Assembly: GCA_030447385.1 (NCBI GenBank)
Contig: JAUJOY010000003.1
Location: 77,362-141,361 of the forward strand
DNA from: Mycobacteriales bacterium
Lineage (GTDB): Bacteria > Actinomycetota > Actinomycetes > Mycobacteriales > SCTD01
Length of the DNA: 64,000 nt
Reading direction: 5' to 3'
Shown here: positions 20,201 to 28,847 of the stretch, one piece after another
Position numbering within the stretch: position 1 is the first letter of the stretch
Layout: the number at the start of each line of letters is the position of its first letter
Made by a program: the position numbers and the translations under genes
The notes under the pieces: model-generated
Database searches by the model: none
What the model saw: the letters and a program-made list of their open reading frames with translations, nothing else
What the model was told of the DNA's origin: nothing

Positions 20201-21997
20201 GACCCGCGACTGCTTCTCACCCACGAGGAAGACACCGAACATGCCGCGGTCGGGGATGGTGCCGCCGGAGGTGACGGCCAGGCGCTGCGCACCCGGTCGG
20301 CCGGCGAGGACCCCAGTGACGCGGTCCCACGTGATGCGCGGCCGCAGCTCGGCGAAGTCGTCGCTGGGGTAGCGCCCCGCAAGCATGTCGAGCACGGCTT
20401 CCAGAGCCGACTGCGGCAGGGCGGAGAAAGGCGCACACCGGCGTACGACCGCAGCGAGGTCGTCCACCTGCCAGGGCTCCATCGCGCACATGGCGACGAC
20501 CTGCTGGGCCAGCACGTCGAGCGGGTTGCGCGGGTAGGTCGTGGCCTCGATGCCCCCGTCCACCATCCGCTCCGCGACCACAGCGCACTGCACGAGGTCA
20601 CCTCGGTACTTCGGCAGGATCACCCCGCGGCTGATCGCCCCGACCTGGTGCCCGGCGCGGCCGACGCGCTGCAGGCCGGATGCCACGGACGGCGGCGACT
20701 CCACCTGGATGACGAGGTCGACGGCGCCCATGTCGATGCCGAGCTCGAGTGAGCTGGTCGCGACGACCGCCGGAAGCCGCCCCGACTTCAGCGCCTCCTC
20801 GATCTGCATCCGCTGCTCCCGCGACACCGATCCGTGGTGGGCCCGCGCGATCTCGACCGTCCGCTCGCCGTCGACGGGGGTGCCGTTGCCCCAGGCGGTT
20901 CTGGACGGGGTGCCGACACCGCCCTGCCCCGGGTGCTGGGCCGGGCCGCGCGAGAAGGACACGCCGTCCGGCTTCACCCCTGACGATCCCGGCGGGCGGT
21001 CGAGGTCAACCGGCTCGACGTCCGGCGGGCCGTACGCGCGCTCGGTCGCGATCTCGTTCAGCCGGCTGGTGAGGCGCTCGGCCAGCCGACGGCTGTTGGC
21101 GAACACGATCGTCGCCCGGTGCTGCTCGACGAGGTCGACGATGCGCTCCTCGACCGCGGGCCAGATGGAGGCGCGTGGCTCCGCTCCGGCGGCCGACCCG
21201 CCGCTGACGGGGCCGCTCGACTCCCCGAGGGCGCCCAGATCCTCGACGGGGACGACGACCTGGACCTCGATCGTCTTGCGGCTCGGCGGCTGCACGACCA
21301 CCACCTCGCGCGCCCCGCCGAGGAAGCGGGCCACCTCGTCGGTCGGGCGCACCGTCGCCGACAGCCCGATGCGTTGCGCTGGTTGCTCCAGCAGCTCGTC
21401 GAGCCGCTCCAGTGACAGGGCGAGGTGGGCACCGCGCTTGGTGCCCGAGACGGCGTGCACCTCGTCGATGATGACGGTCTGGACACCGCGCAGCGACTCC
21501 CGTGCTGCGCTGGTGAGGATCAGGAACAGCGACTCCGGCGTGGTGATGAACACGTCCGGCGGGAGCTTGGAGAACCGCCGCCGCTCATCCGCCGGCGTGT
21601 CGCCGGAGCGGACCCCGACGGTGATGTCCGGCACCGCGATCTGCAGACGGGCGGCGGTCTGCCGGATACCGGACAGGGGCGCGCGCAGGTTGCGCTCGAC
21701 GTCCACGGCGAGGGCCTTGAGCGGGGAGACGTAGAGCACGCGGCAGCGGTGACGTGGCTCGTCCGGAACCGGTGTCGAGGCCAGCCGGTCGAGGGACCAC
21801 AGGAACGCGCTCAGCGTCTTGCCCGATCCGGTGGGCGCGACGACGAGGGTGTGCCGGCCACTGGAGATCGCCGCCCAGGCGCCCTCCTGGGCCGGGGTCG
21901 GCGACTCGAACGCGGCGGTGAACCACGCCCGGGTCGCGGGGGAGAAACGGTCGAGCGCGGTCACCCGTTCATGGTCCCCCAGGGCGACGTGCACCAC
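17264..21997 (-). CDS. lhr: ATP-dependent helicase Lhr (large helicase-related, superfamily 2)
   Basis: 1577 aa. Walker A APTGSGKT, DEVH box (IIDEVHAV), motif VATSSLELGIDMG, HHGSVS, and the long Lhr-specific C-terminal extension. Confidence 0.95.
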   Translation of the reverse strand: MVHVALGDHERVTALDRFSPATRAWFTAAFESPTPAQEGAWAAISSGRHTLVVAPTGSGKTLSAFLWSLDRLASTPVPDEPRHRCRVLYVSPLKALAVDVERNLRAPLSGIRQTAARLQIAVPDITVGVRSGDTPADERRRFSKLPPDVFITTPESLFLILTSAARESLRGVQTVIIDEVHAVSGTKRGAHLALSLERLDELLEQPAQRIGLSATVRPTDEVARFLGGAREVVVVQPPSRKTIEVQVVVPVEDLGALGESSGPVSGGSAAGAEPRASIWPAVEERIVDLVEQHRATIVFANSRRLAERLTSRLNEIATERAYGPPDVEPVDLDRPPGSSGVKPDGVSFSRGPAQHPGQGGVGTPSRTAWGNGTPVDGERTVEIARAHHGSVSREQRMQIEEALKSGRLPAVVATSSLELGIDMGAVDLVIQVESPPSVASGLQRVGRAGHQVGAISRGVILPKYRGDLVQCAVVAERMVDGGIEATTYPRNPLDVLAQQVVAMCAMEPWQVDDLAAVVRRCAPFSALPQSALEAVLDMLAGRYPSDDFAELRPRITWDRVTGVLAGRPGAQRLAVTSGGTIPDRGMFGVFLVGEKQSRVGELDEEMVYESRVGDVFLLGSSAWRIEDITHDRVLVTPAPGQPGRMPYWHGDAPGRPIELGRALGAFLRELSALSDQDARSRLLDAGLDAFAAENLLTYLAEQREATGTLPDDRTVLVERFRDELGDWRLAIHSPFGAQVNQPWALALSARLRETHGVDVQSMHSDDGIVLRLPETESAPDGSVAVFAADEVERSVQAEVGGSALFASRFRECAARALLLPRRNPTRRTPLWQQRQRSAQLLSVAAQYGSFPIVLETMREVLQDVFDVPGLVGLMRDVEARRVRVVEVETPMPSPFARSLLFGYIGAFMYEGDAPLAERRAQALSLDSTLLAELLGQAELRELLSPEALEEVEAEISRRTPDRRAKDLEGVADLLRMLGDLTTEEVIDRGGEPGWLVELESQRRVLRVRIAGQERWVPVEDAGRLRDALGAALPVGIAEAFLEPVRDPVGDLVSRYARTHGPFHPRDVAARYGLGVAVVDGALARLSASGRVVHGEFRPGGTGLEWCDAEVLRLLRRRSLAKLRQEVEPVPPQALARFLPQWQGISSGASGRGLDALVRVVEQLQGASVPASALETLVLPSRVPGYTPSMLDELTTSGEVLWAGQGSLPGSDGWVSLQLADSADLVLPALGELSSTPLHDRVLDVLDGGQALFFRSLSERVGPADDPALTAVLWDLVWAGHLTNDTLGPLRALLGTGKTALTARRAPTRQRSRYGRPVLPTRGSPPTVAGRWSRLPTRDGDATRRLHALAETLLDRHGVLTRGSVMAERAPGGFAAVYAVLKAFEEAGRVRRGYFVEGLGASQFAAAGAVDRMRALAAARPAADEPLWQTPVPGGWDADSSSVRQRKRRDDARAVVLAATDPANPYGAALPWPERAVTEQDAPTGHKPARKAGALVVLVDGVLVLYVERGGKTLLSFQAEDSLLIPAVDALALAVRDGALGRMTVTKADGEAALTSPLGAALEAAGFRPTPRGLRLRA

Positions 21998-22099
21998 CGC
22001 CCGAGCGGGGTTGCGAGTTCGCCCGCGAGCGGCCTGCGGTTGTGGGAGGTTCCGTACCGCCCGGGAGCGACTCGCGGCGCCTAGCCGGAGGATCTCCTC

Positions 22100-22873
22100 G
22101 TGAACCGCAGTGCGCCTGCCCTGCTCGCCCTCTCGCTCACCGCGCTGCTGAGCGCCTGCTCCGGCGGGGACGGTGGGGCCACGGCGGCGCCGTCACCCTC
22201 CGCGTCGGTGTCTCCGAGCGCGTCCCCCTCCCCGTCGCCGTCGCCCTCTCCGTCGCCGGTCGATCTCAAGACCGGCGGGAGCGCTGCGGCGAACAAGATC
22301 AATCTGCAAGCGGCCGATCTCCCGCCCGGGTTTACGACGTCACCGGCCTCCGACATCGAGTCAGCCGAGAACACCAAGGCGGAGAAGGAGATCACGGCCT
22401 GCATCGGCATCCCCTACGTGGAGCCGGTGGTCACGGCGTCCTCCGACGACTTCATCAAGGGCGTCGACTTCCCGACCCTGGAGTACTCCAGTTCAGTCGA
22501 CTTCTATGCCGACGAGGCCACCGTGGTGGCTGAGACGGCCGCCCTGCAGGGCGAGAAGGCGGCGGACTGCTTGGCCAAGCAGTTCAAGAAGGAGCTGACG
22601 GCCGGGGGTGACGGAGTCACCTTCTCACCGATCGCGGTGACCCGTTTCACGCCGGCCGCGCCGGGAGCGGACGGTTCGTTCGGCCTGCGCTTCAGCACCA
22701 CCGGGAAGGGCGGAGGACAGTCGATCCCCTTCACCTTCGACATCCTCGGCTTCGCGAAGGACCGGACGGCGGTCACCTTGTTCGCGGTGGCCGCGGGCGC
22801 CAAGACCAACGACGCACAGCGCGACGAGCTGTTCGCCAAGATCGCGGCACGCGGGGTCTCGAACGCCCTGTAG
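22100..22873 (+). CDS. Putative lipoprotein of unknown function
   Basis: Signal peptide with lipobox LLSACSGG, then an SPSASPSPSPSPSP linker and a globular domain with no motif I recognise. Confidence 0.6.
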   Translation: MNRSAPALLALSLTALLSACSGGDGGATAAPSPSASVSPSASPSPSPSPSPSPVDLKTGGSAAANKINLQAADLPPGFTTSPASDIESAENTKAEKEITACIGIPYVEPVVTASSDDFIKGVDFPTLEYSSSVDFYADEATVVAETAALQGEKAADCLAKQFKKELTAGGDGVTFSPIAVTRFTPAAPGADGSFGLRFSTTGKGGGQSIPFTFDILGFAKDRTAVTLFAVAAGAKTNDAQRDELFAKIAARGVSNAL

Positions 22874-22895
22874 CGGCCACAGTCGGGCCGGGCGG

Positions 22896-23150
22896 CTAGC
22901 CGTTCTGCGAGAGCCAGCTCCGTACGTAGGAGCACTGGGGGTCGATCGACAGCGACTGCTCGCGCGCCCACCGCACGGCCGTCTCGGTGAGCCGCCCGGC
23001 GATCCCGCGGCCCTCGATCTCGCGCGGCACGATGGTGTGCGTCATCGCCACCGTGTTCCCGTGCCGCTCGTAGGTCAGGTAGGCGATCTTGCCGTCGACC
23101 TCCACCTCGAAGCGGGCGCGGTCCTCGGCGTGTACGGGCGTCACGTCCAT
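22896..23150 (-). CDS. Small GNAT-like N-acetyltransferase (YjdJ/Acetyltransf_CG type)
   Basis: MDVTPVHAEDRARFEVEVDGKIAYLTYERHGNTVAMTHTIVPREIEGRGIAGRL... matches the short GCN5-related family pattern. GGAGGA RBS precedes the ATG at 23150; the track start at 23183 is a TTG. Confidence 0.6.
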   Translation of the reverse strand: MDVTPVHAEDRARFEVEVDGKIAYLTYERHGNTVAMTHTIVPREIEGRGIAGRLTETAVRWAREQSLSIDPQCSYVRSWLSQNG

Positions 23151-23221
23151 GCGGTCCTCCTTCCCCGCGTCGTCGCCGGGCAACAGGATGCGGCCGCACA
23201 GCCCGATCTATCGTCGGGAGC

Positions 23222-23416
23222 GTGCGGCTCACCGAGTTCTGGCGGCGGATGGACGGCCGCTTCGGGGCCGCGTACGCCCGGTCCTACGCCGCGGACCAGG
23301 TGCTCGCGACGCTCGGCGGGCGGACCGTGCAGCAGGCGCTCGAGGACGGGGACGACGTGAAGTCCGTGTGGCGGGCCGTCTGCGAGGCGGTCGATGCGCC
23401 GGCGGCGGAGCGGTAG
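23222..23416 (+). CDS. DUF3046 domain protein (conserved actinobacterial gene upstream of recA)
   Basis: 64 aa: MRLTEFWRRMDGRFGAAYARSYAADQVLATLGGRTVQQALEDGDDVKSVWRAVCEA. This matches the family pattern as I recall it, and it sits in the conserved position before recA. Confidence 0.8.
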   Translation: MRLTEFWRRMDGRFGAAYARSYAADQVLATLGGRTVQQALEDGDDVKSVWRAVCEAVDAPAAER

Positions 23417-23431
23417 TCCGGCCGGGGGGCT

Positions 23432-23470
23432 GCGGGCGGGCCGTTCTCGGTGCCACCAGCGCCCGCCCGC
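23432..23470 (+). terminator. GC-rich hairpin downstream of the DUF3046 gene (possible terminator or attenuator)
   Basis: Perfect 10-bp inverted repeat, GCGGGCGGGC (23432-23441) with GCCCGCCCGC (23461-23470), and a 19-nt loop. No U-tract follows. Confidence 0.3.
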
Positions 23471-23607
23471 CTCGGGCCGCCGGCACCGGGAACCGCAATG
23501 GCTCTGCGCAACCGTGCCTCCTTTCGAACCGCGCGATCTGGTGCCGGTCAGGGGGTGGCCGCAGGCCCGGCCGGCTCGTGGGATGGCTCCGGCGTGTCGG
23601 TCCGCGT

Positions 23608-23623
23608 TCGAACGGCCGTTCGT
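23608..23623. promoter_or_regulatory. LexA operator (actinobacterial SOS box) upstream of recA
   Basis: TCGAACGGCCGTTCGT matches the mycobacterial consensus TCGAAC-N4-GTTCGA at 11 of 12 defined positions. It lies 133 nt upstream of the recA ATG. Confidence 0.75.
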
Positions 23624-23677
23624 ACTACCGTCGTCCGCAGTCCGGGTGTCCACAGAGCTGCTCCGCCCCCTGCGAAC

Positions 23678-23699
23678 TGTCGCAGGTCGCTCGTAGCGT
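23678..23699 (+). promoter_or_regulatory. RecA-NDp-type (LexA/RecA-independent, PafBC-associated) DNA-damage promoter motif upstream of recA
   Basis: TGTCGCAG-GTCGCTCG-TAGCGT fits the published motif tTGTCRgtg-N8-TAnnnT: TGTCG core, exact 8-nt spacer, and a -10 hexamer TAnnnT. The -10 lies 57 nt upstream of the recA ATG. Confidence 0.5.
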
Positions 23700-23755
23700 C
23701 ATCGCCGATCGGACCGCAGCACGGGCGTCGAGCTCGTCGACCACTGGAGAGACAC

Positions 23756-24793
<1,038 letters not shown>

Positions 24794-24804
24794 CCCGTTG
24801 CGCC

Positions 24805-25464
24805 ATGCCCTTCCCCTCCCGGCCGCCTGCGTCTGGCTCGCGCTCCTCCCGAGCCGGACGCGACGGGGCGGGCGGCGCCCGGTGGGCACAGGCCCGCGAC
24901 GAGGAGCAGGCCGGCCAGGCGCCGGCCGACCCCGCCGAGGTGGCGCGGCAGATCTGTCTGCACCAGCTGGAGCACGCACCGCGCACGCGCACGGAGCTGG
25001 CCACCGCGCTGCGGCGCAAGGGCGTGCCGGACGACGTGGCTGACGCGGTGCTCTCCCGGTTCGCCGACGTCGGGATCATCGACGACGCGATGTTGGCCCA
25101 GATGTGGGTCAGCTCCCGCCGGCGCAGCAAGGGCATCGCCGGCCGTGCCCTCGGTGTGGAGCTGCGTCGCAAGGGTGTGGACGACGCGACGGTCGCCGAG
25201 GCCCTCGCCGGCATCGACCCGGACAGCGAGCTGACGGCCGCACGCGCACTTGTCGACCGCCGGATCAGGGCCACCGCGGGGCTGGCTCCTGACACCAGGG
25301 TCCGCCGCCTCGCGGGGATGCTGGCCCGCAAGGGCTACCCGGCGGGCACAGCCTTCCGGGTCGTCCGCGAGGCGCTCGCTGCCGACGGCGACGAGGTGGA
25401 GGAGCTGGGCGAGCTGGCGGCACTGGGCGGCGAGGACGCTGAGCCACCCCTGGAGGGCAGATGA
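24805..25464 (+). CDS. recX: Recombination regulator RecX
   Basis: RecX three-helix repeats (ARQICLHQLEHAPRTRTELATALRRKGVPDDVADAVLSRFADVGIIDD...), located immediately downstream of recA. ATG at 24805. Confidence 0.9.
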   Translation: MPFPSRPPASGSRSSRAGRDGAGGARWAQARDEEQAGQAPADPAEVARQICLHQLEHAPRTRTELATALRRKGVPDDVADAVLSRFADVGIIDDAMLAQMWVSSRRRSKGIAGRALGVELRRKGVDDATVAEALAGIDPDSELTAARALVDRRIRATAGLAPDTRVRRLAGMLARKGYPAGTAFRVVREALAADGDEVEELGELAALGGEDAEPPLEGR

Positions 25465-25512
25465 CGCAGGCGGCGCCCGGATAGGCGGCAGCGCCCTGGG
25501 CATCATGTCGAG

Positions 25513-27255
25513 GTGACGCCCCGCTCGCTGCGCAAGCCACCGGGAACCCGTCTGCCGGATGCGCTCCAGGCCCTGCGCGACCAGGTCGCCGTGCTGCCGC
25601 TGGCGCTGGACACCCCGAACAGCGAGGCCCATCGCCGGACCGCGACATCGATCGTCGACCAGGTGGACGACTACCTGCTCCCGCGCCTGCGCGATCTGGA
25701 TGCCCCGCTGCTCACCGTGGTAGGCGGGTCGACCGGCGCCGGCAAGTCCACGCTGGTCAACAGCATTCTCGGCACGGAGGTCAGCAGCTCCGGGGTGCTG
25801 CGCCCCACGACGCGCGCACCCGTTCTGGTCTGCGCGACCGCCGACCGGGCCTACTTCGCCGACGGCCGGGTGCTGCCCGGGTTGGCCCGCATGACCGGGG
25901 GAGGAGCAGGCGGCTCCGCGCTGGCCGATGCCGGTCCGGGTGCGCTCCGCCTCGTACCGCGTGACGACGTCCCAGCTGGTCTCGCGCTGCTGGACGCGCC
26001 CGACGTGGACTCGGTCGTGGAGGCCAACCGGCTGCTGGCGGGTCAGCTGCTGGCCGCGGCTGACCTGTGGGTGTTCGTCACGACCGCGGCCCGTTACGCC
26101 GACGCAGTTCCCTGGGACCTGCTGCGCACCGCGCAGGAGCGCGGCACCGCCCTCGCGGTCGTGCTGGACCGGGTGCCGCCCGAGGCGGTGACCGAAGTGG
26201 CCGAGGACCTGGCGGGGATGCTCCGGCGTGCCGGGCTGCCCGAGGCGCGGCTGTTCGTCATCGAGGAGCGCCCCCTCGTCGAGGGACTGCTTCCCGAGGA
26301 CCAGGTGGCTCCGCTGCGGGACTGGCTGCGCGCCCTGGCCGCGGACCAGGAGCAGCGGGCGGCTGTCGTGCGCCAGACCCTCGCCGGTGCGCTGGAGAGC
26401 CTCGACGCGAGGGTGGGTGGGCTGCTGACCGCCGTGCAGGCCCAGGACGACGCGGCTGAGGCGCTCCGCTCGGCCGCACAGGCGGCCTACGACGGTGCGC
26501 GCAGCGCCGTGGACGACGGGGTGCGCAGCGGCACCCTGCTACGGGGTGAGGTGCTCGCCCGCTGGCAGGAGTTCGTCGGCACCGGCGAGTGGATGAGAAG
26601 CCTGCAGGCCCAGGTCGGCCGGCTGCGGGACCGCATCGTGGCCACCGCGACCGGTCGGCCGCTCCCTGGGGAGGACCTCAAGGTCGCGCTCGAGTCCAGT
26701 GTCGAGCAGCTCCTGCGTGCCGAGGCCGACCGGGCCGCCGAGCGGGCCGTGGCGTCGTGGCGGTCACTGCCCGCCGGTCCCGGACTCGTGGCCGGGCGGG
26801 AGCGCGAGCTCGAGACGGTGTCCCCGGGCTTTCCGGACGCGGCGGCGGACGAGGTACGCGCCTGGCAGGGGCACGTCCTTGACCTCGTCCGCACCGAAGG
26901 CGCCGGTCGCCGGTCCACGGCCCGGTTCCTGTCGTTCGGCGTCAACGGCGCCGGCCTCGTGGTCATGGTGGCGGTGTTCGCGCAGACCGGCGGGCTGACC
27001 GGCGGGGAGGTGGCCGTCGCCGGCGGGACCACCGCGATCGGCCAGCGGGTGCTCGAGGCGGTGTTCGGTGACGCGGCCGTGCGCGCGCTCGCCGCCAAGG
27101 CGCGGGCCGACCTCGGAGTACGCGCCGACCGGCTGATGCGCGAGGAGCAGGCGCGCTTCGAGAGCCTGTTGTCGGGCGTGGCACCCGCGCCCGGCACGGC
27201 CGAGCGCCTGCGTGCGGCCCTGCAGAGCCTGCTGGTCGCCCGGAAGTCCGCGTGA
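25513..27255 (+). CDS. Dynamin-like GTPase, first of a pair
   Basis: P-loop GGSTGAGKSTLVNS, G2-like RPTTRAP, G3 LLDAPDVDS, a long helical stalk, and a hydrophobic paddle FLSFGVNGAGLVVMVAVFAQTGG. Confidence 0.7.
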   Translation: MTPRSLRKPPGTRLPDALQALRDQVAVLPLALDTPNSEAHRRTATSIVDQVDDYLLPRLRDLDAPLLTVVGGSTGAGKSTLVNSILGTEVSSSGVLRPTTRAPVLVCATADRAYFADGRVLPGLARMTGGGAGGSALADAGPGALRLVPRDDVPAGLALLDAPDVDSVVEANRLLAGQLLAAADLWVFVTTAARYADAVPWDLLRTAQERGTALAVVLDRVPPEAVTEVAEDLAGMLRRAGLPEARLFVIEERPLVEGLLPEDQVAPLRDWLRALAADQEQRAAVVRQTLAGALESLDARVGGLLTAVQAQDDAAEALRSAAQAAYDGARSAVDDGVRSGTLLRGEVLARWQEFVGTGEWMRSLQAQVGRLRDRIVATATGRPLPGEDLKVALESSVEQLLRAEADRAAERAVASWRSLPAGPGLVAGRERELETVSPGFPDAAADEVRAWQGHVLDLVRTEGAGRRSTARFLSFGVNGAGLVVMVAVFAQTGGLTGGEVAVAGGTTAIGQRVLEAVFGDAAVRALAAKARADLGVRADRLMREEQARFESLLSGVAPAPGTAERLRAALQSLLVARKSA

Positions 27256-28826
27256 GGCGCGAGCTGCCCCTGACCGACCGCCTGACCGCCCTGCGGAAGG
27301 CGGTCGAGGTCGCGGAGGGCCGGATCGAGGTCCCCGAGGTCGGCCGTGCGCGCACGCTGCTGGCCAAGGCCGGCGCCCGGGAGGCGCTCGGCGACGCCAC
27401 CGTCGTCGCGCTGGCCGGGGCGACCGGAAGCGGCAAGTCCACCCTGTTCAACGCCCTGTCCGGCAGCGAGGTCAGCTCGCCGGGGGTGCGCCGGCCGACG
27501 ACCGGCGTCGCGCACGCAACGGTCTGGGGAGAGGGTGCCGACCGGCTGCTTGACTGGCTCGAGGTCCCGCGCCGGCACGTGCTCGAGCGGCCGGACCCGG
27601 CCCTTCAGGGCCTCGTGCTGCTCGACCTGCCCGACCACGACAGCACCAAGCTCGAGCACCGGCTGGAGGTCGACCGGCTCGTCGAGCTGGTGGACGTCCT
27701 GGTCTGGGTGCTGGACCCGCAGAAGTACGCCGACGCCGCCGTCCACGACCGCTACCTCGCCCCGCACGCCGATCACGCCGAGGTGCTCCTGGTCGTGCTC
27801 AACCAGATCGACCGGCTGGACGAACGGGCGGCCAAGGAGTGCCTGGTCGACCTGCGCGGGTTGCTCGACCGGGAGGGGCTCGACGCCGCGCCGCTGCTGG
27901 CCGTCTCCGCGCGCACCGGCGAGGGCCTGCCGGACCTGCACGCCGAGCTCGTCGCACGCGTACGCGCGCGGCGGGCGGCCACCGACCGCCTCACCGCAGA
28001 CGTGCGCACCGCGGCCACCGCGCTGGGCGCGCACTGCGGTGGCGAGGCCGCCGGGAACGAGCTCGGCCGCCAGGAGCGCAGCGCCCTCACCGCCGCCCTG
28101 GCCACCGCCGCCGGGGTTCCCGTCGTCGTGTCGGCTCTGGAGCGCTCCACCCGTCGGCGCGGTACGGCCAGCACCGGCTGGCCACTCGTGCGCTGGGTGC
28201 GCAAGCTGCGGCCGGACCCCCTGGCGCGCCTGCACGTCGGCGACTCGGCCGCGCGTACCTCTTTGCAGCCGGCGACGCCGGTCCAGCAGGCGGCCGTCAC
28301 CACCGCGCTTCGCCGGGCCCGGGATCGCGCTGGGGAGGGGCTGCCTCAGGCCTGGCGCGACGACCTGCGCCGCACGGTCGACGTCCGGGAGGAGCGGCTC
28401 GCCGACGAGCTCGACCGGGCCGTCGCGGGCACCGATCTCGGGCCGGACCGCACGCCGCTGTGGCAGCGCATGCTCGGCGGCCTGCAGTGGCTGCTGCTGC
28501 TCGCGGCGGTGACCGGTGCACTGTGGCTGCTCGCCCTCGTGGCGCTCGCCTACCTGCAGCTCGACGACGTCGTACCCCTTCCGAAGGTGGAGGGGATCCC
28601 GCTCCCCACGCTGCTGCTCGGCGCCGGGCTGCTGGCGGGCGCGCTGCTGGCCGTCCTCGTCCGGCCGCTGGTGGCTGCCAGCGCCCGTCGACGGGGCAGG
28701 GCCGCCGAGCGTCGGCTGCGGGTGGCTGTCGCCGAGGTGGCCTTCGCCGAGCTGCTCGAACCGGTCGAGCAGGCCCGCACCGATCACGCCACGTTCTGCG
28801 CCGCCCTCGCCCGCGCCCGGTCCTGA
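27252..28826 (+). CDS. Dynamin-like GTPase with C-terminal transmembrane hairpin, second of a pair
   Basis: GTGA start/stop overlap with the upstream gene. P-loop GATGSGKSTLFNA, RRPTTG, LLDLPDHDS, NQID. Two C-terminal TM helices (LQWLLLLAAVTGALWLLALVAL and LLLGAGLLAGALLAVLV). Confidence 0.7.
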   Translation: MRRELPLTDRLTALRKAVEVAEGRIEVPEVGRARTLLAKAGAREALGDATVVALAGATGSGKSTLFNALSGSEVSSPGVRRPTTGVAHATVWGEGADRLLDWLEVPRRHVLERPDPALQGLVLLDLPDHDSTKLEHRLEVDRLVELVDVLVWVLDPQKYADAAVHDRYLAPHADHAEVLLVVLNQIDRLDERAAKECLVDLRGLLDREGLDAAPLLAVSARTGEGLPDLHAELVARVRARRAATDRLTADVRTAATALGAHCGGEAAGNELGRQERSALTAALATAAGVPVVVSALERSTRRRGTASTGWPLVRWVRKLRPDPLARLHVGDSAARTSLQPATPVQQAAVTTALRRARDRAGEGLPQAWRDDLRRTVDVREERLADELDRAVAGTDLGPDRTPLWQRMLGGLQWLLLLAAVTGALWLLALVALAYLQLDDVVPLPKVEGIPLPTLLLGAGLLAGALLAVLVRPLVAASARRRGRAAERRLRVAVAEVAFAELLEPVEQARTDHATFCAALARARS

Positions 28827-28847
28827 ACGACCCAGAAGGAGCACGCA

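Noticed and set aside
22205-22265. Short tandem TCG/CCG-rich repeats
   Set aside because: They encode the SPSASPSPSPSPSP linker of a lipoprotein, which is an in-frame low-complexity coding repeat and not a CRISPR or regulatory array.
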